This document shows, one piece after another, positions 61,160-64,000 of a DNA stretch of 64,000 bases. The notes below the pieces were generated by a model. It was not told the DNA's origin and searched no databases. It worked only from the letters and a program-made list of their open reading frames with translations. Numbering within the stretch: the first letter of the stretch is position 1; each line of letters opens with the position of its first letter. The stretch is taken from assembly GCA_030324005.1 (NCBI GenBank), contig JARDVH010000059.1, positions 74,968,308-75,032,307 on the forward strand, written 5' to 3'. The position numbers and the translations under genes are program-made. Origin of the DNA: Negaprion brevirostris. Lineage: Eukaryota.

Positions 61160-62420
61160 GTATTAAGACTCCATGTTTGACAATGAGCTGGGATTGTGGA
61201 TTTTCCGAGCCAAACAAATTTGGGCTGGAGAAGCTCCCAGCACACTAGAAGAGGACTGTGAGGTTTCCGTTTTGCTTCAAACTCACTCTTAAAGAAAAGG
61301 CCATTTGTATACGTGTGGATTTCAACAGGTATTACTGAACATCTGGGAGAGTACAGCTGTGGCTAAGTCATTCAGTCTGTGGAGTGACTGGAGATGTTTT
61401 TCGCTGCTCATAATATCCTCAAAGATTCTGATAATCCAGCTGTTAATCAGGCAGTGTGGGAAAGGAAATATTTTCAACAGGAGCAGGCTCTGTAGTGTAT
61501 GAAATACTCAGAAATTTGCTGCTGTTTGTATAAACCTGAGCAGCGGTCCGGTGCCAAGCCTTTGGAGATTGCTGCAAGCAATCAGTTAAGCAGTGAGGAC
61601 AGTGAACAGATTATTGTGGATTTGCAAAAGCTGCGCTTTTGTAATTTTGGTGAATTTCAAAAGAGGACAGACTTATGTACAGCTTAAAAAGTGGACGCAT
61701 TCGCACTAATTTGCCGACACGTCCAAAGTTAACTGTCAACATAGCTTGCCAAACACAGCAATGCCCCTAGAAATCACGGAGCCTGACTCAAGAGAAGTTA
61801 TAGTTAACAACCTTCAGTCGTCTGCTGCTGCACCTGAGCAAGCAGAAGGCCCAGATGACAGCAGTTAGTAGTAGCAGTGATACAAAGTCTTCTTACTGGG
61901 GCTTAGTTAAGAATTGGACGCAGAGTTGTCCATTTCTGAAGGCAGAGTGTTACAGCTGCAAGAGAAAGGGTCATCTTGTTAAGGGACTTTGAAAGAATAT
62001 AAATGGGAAGAAACATTGGCTAAAGGAAATGGCAATCACTGGATATAATGGTTGAACAGCACAAGGTCAGTTGAGATCCATACAACCTGAAGCACAAGGA
62101 TATCTAGCGGAAATTCACTGAGCATCATAGTTCAAGTAGCATCGAATGGAGTCCCAGTAAACATGGAGGTCAACATGGGGCATTAGTTAATGTGATTTCT
62201 GAATCATTTTACTGTGAAAAGCTGAGTTGACCAAAACTGGAGAAATCATACATAGAATCAAAGATATGGAGCAGTCACATACAGAGAGCACTGTGCAAAA
62301 TTGCCCATCATTATAATGAAAGCTGATAACCAGGCTTGTTAGGAAGGAACTGTTAATAAGTCCAAGTTAAATTGGAACCTGCTCTCTCACGTAGAAGTAA
62401 AATTCACAATGCAAGACAGC
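61160..62420 (+). mobile_element. Gypsy-type gag-protease remnant
   Basis: LQKL..CNFG gag motif, GVPVNMEV protease start, LLGRN motif near 62335. Confidence 0.55.
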
Positions 62421-63280
62421 AAAGTCAGTAAGTGCTGATCTAACCAGCCTCAGGTTGAAAGAACTACCCTCTAATCCTTCCACCAATTACTTTATTTCTA
62501 TTCCCTTGGTTATTGACCTCTTTGCTAAGGAAACCAGGTCTTTCCTATCCATTTTGTCTAGATCCTTCAAATTTTATACATCTAAATTTTATACATCTTA
62601 GATTTAATCTACTCTCAGCCTTCTCTTTCAAAACTTTCCTCACAGTTAAAATTAAGAGTTTGCATGGGAAGGTGCGGATGAGGGGAGAAGAAAGGGAGTG
62701 TGGAAGCACCCCTCAGGAGTCAGTTTCTGGGTGGATGGCCAGATGTGGAAAGAGAGCCCTGAGGGAGATGACACCCGAGGCGGAAGCAAGGTGGTCTGCC
62801 AGGCTTGTCCATGCCCCTAAACTGCTCTTGCCTCCCTCAAAATTGAGTCCAAGTAGACAGTGGCCCATTAGTGACTAACAATTGGTCATTTAAGAGGCTC
62901 AATCAGAAAAAGGCTGGATGGGCTGCCTGAGGCCTCAACTACCCTCTGTAAAAGTGTGGACAAGTCCAAGCAGGCGGATAAATGACAGGAAGACCACCCA
63001 GGAAATTTTACAGGTCCCCAAAGCTATGAACCCACCAGTAGAGGGACCATAAAATTCATCCCTAAGAGCGATTTACAGACAGGAGGAGGTCATTTGGCTT
63101 ATAGAACCTATGCTAACTCTCTGTGGAGCCATCCAGTCAGTCCTATTCTCCCGCTTTATCGCATAACTCTACAAGTTTATTTCCTTCGATTGGCAAACTA
63201 ATTTCTTTTTGAAATCTCTGCTTCCACCACCCTCATTGGCAGCAACAAAGAAGCAAGGCTTTACACATTTCATAAGTTTA

Positions 63281-63362
63281 CCCTGAGGATGGGATTCAAA
63301 CCCACCTGTGCTGAGTACAATGGATTAGCTGTCCAGCACCTTAACCTCTCAGTCACTTCATT
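63281..63362 (-). pseudogene. tRNA-Ser(GCT) pseudogene
   Basis: The 82-nt minus strand aatgaagtgactgagaggttaaggtgctggacagctaatccattgtactcagcacaggtgggtttgaatcccatcctcaggg is colinear with vertebrate tRNA-Ser-GCT. The acceptor stem is broken, U33 is lost and CpG sites have decayed. Confidence 0.85.
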
Positions 63363-64000
63363 GCTGTGTTCTCTGGTCTATGTTGAGTTTTATGATTTCA
63401 CTCGGGCAGCATTGGGAAGAAATTATAAATGGCCTTTGATGTCCATAGCTTGTGGCTGCCATAAAATAAGTCCTGTTCTAAATGGATCTGCAAGGTTGGA
63501 ATGTGGTTGAGCTCAATTGTAGTGCTCCCACAGCCAAATAGCCTGTGAACATGCACAGTCCTGTTACACATGAAGACTTGACAATCTGTCAAGGAATCAG
63601 GGGACTGCAAGTAGCTGGAGAATCATAATCCCGCAGAAGTCATCTTCAAAGTTATAGGGTAAGCAAAATTATTATGATTGCATAAACACTCCCTGCACCC
63701 GCCCCCCCCCGCCCCGCTTCAAGCCTACCGCCTCAACCACGCACCTCCCCCACCCCACCTCCATCCACACCTGTATACATTGCAAGGCGCGGAAGCTGTA
63801 TTCAGACTTCTAAATGAAATTTGGATGATACCCATAATTTTCATGTTCACTTCATGCACTTTCAATAGTTCCAGCTGCTGCCGATTTAATGTGAGCATGA
63901 CCCATGTTCATCTGAATAGTGTGAATTGTAGGATCAGCCAGGTTCCAGCCATGGGTTCCAATTGTTCCATTGCCTGCCAAATTTAACCACAGGGTCATAA

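Overview
This is vertebrate genomic DNA from a draft assembly with many N gaps. The repeats (HE1-type SINEs, CR1/L2/RTE LINEs, Harbinger MITEs, Penelope fossils) point to a shark. One intact protein-coding gene is present: hey1 on the minus strand, with 5 exons and a 302 aa product (CDS 46027->43685). Its CpG-island promoter carries tandem RBPJ sites. Nearly all other ORFs in the supplied track are spurious or transposon-derived. Two gene fossils hide among the repeats: a CDV3 processed pseudogene (~17.9-19.2 kb) containing an inverted copy of its own 5' UTR, and a decayed intronless SID-1/SIDT-like sequence (~36.9-37.7 kb) with a still CpG-rich 5' end that faces the hey1 3' end. Also present are a tRNA-Ser(GCT) pseudogene, Penelope-derived minimal hammerhead-ribozyme motifs, a hairpin insertion with a 12-bp TSD in hey1 intron 1, nested transposons, several short locally templated duplications and a 30-bp minisatellite. 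All family assignments come from manual translation and remembered motifs, not database searches. I found no prokaryote-type system such as CRISPR, and I cannot demonstrate a wholly new biological system from the sequence alone.
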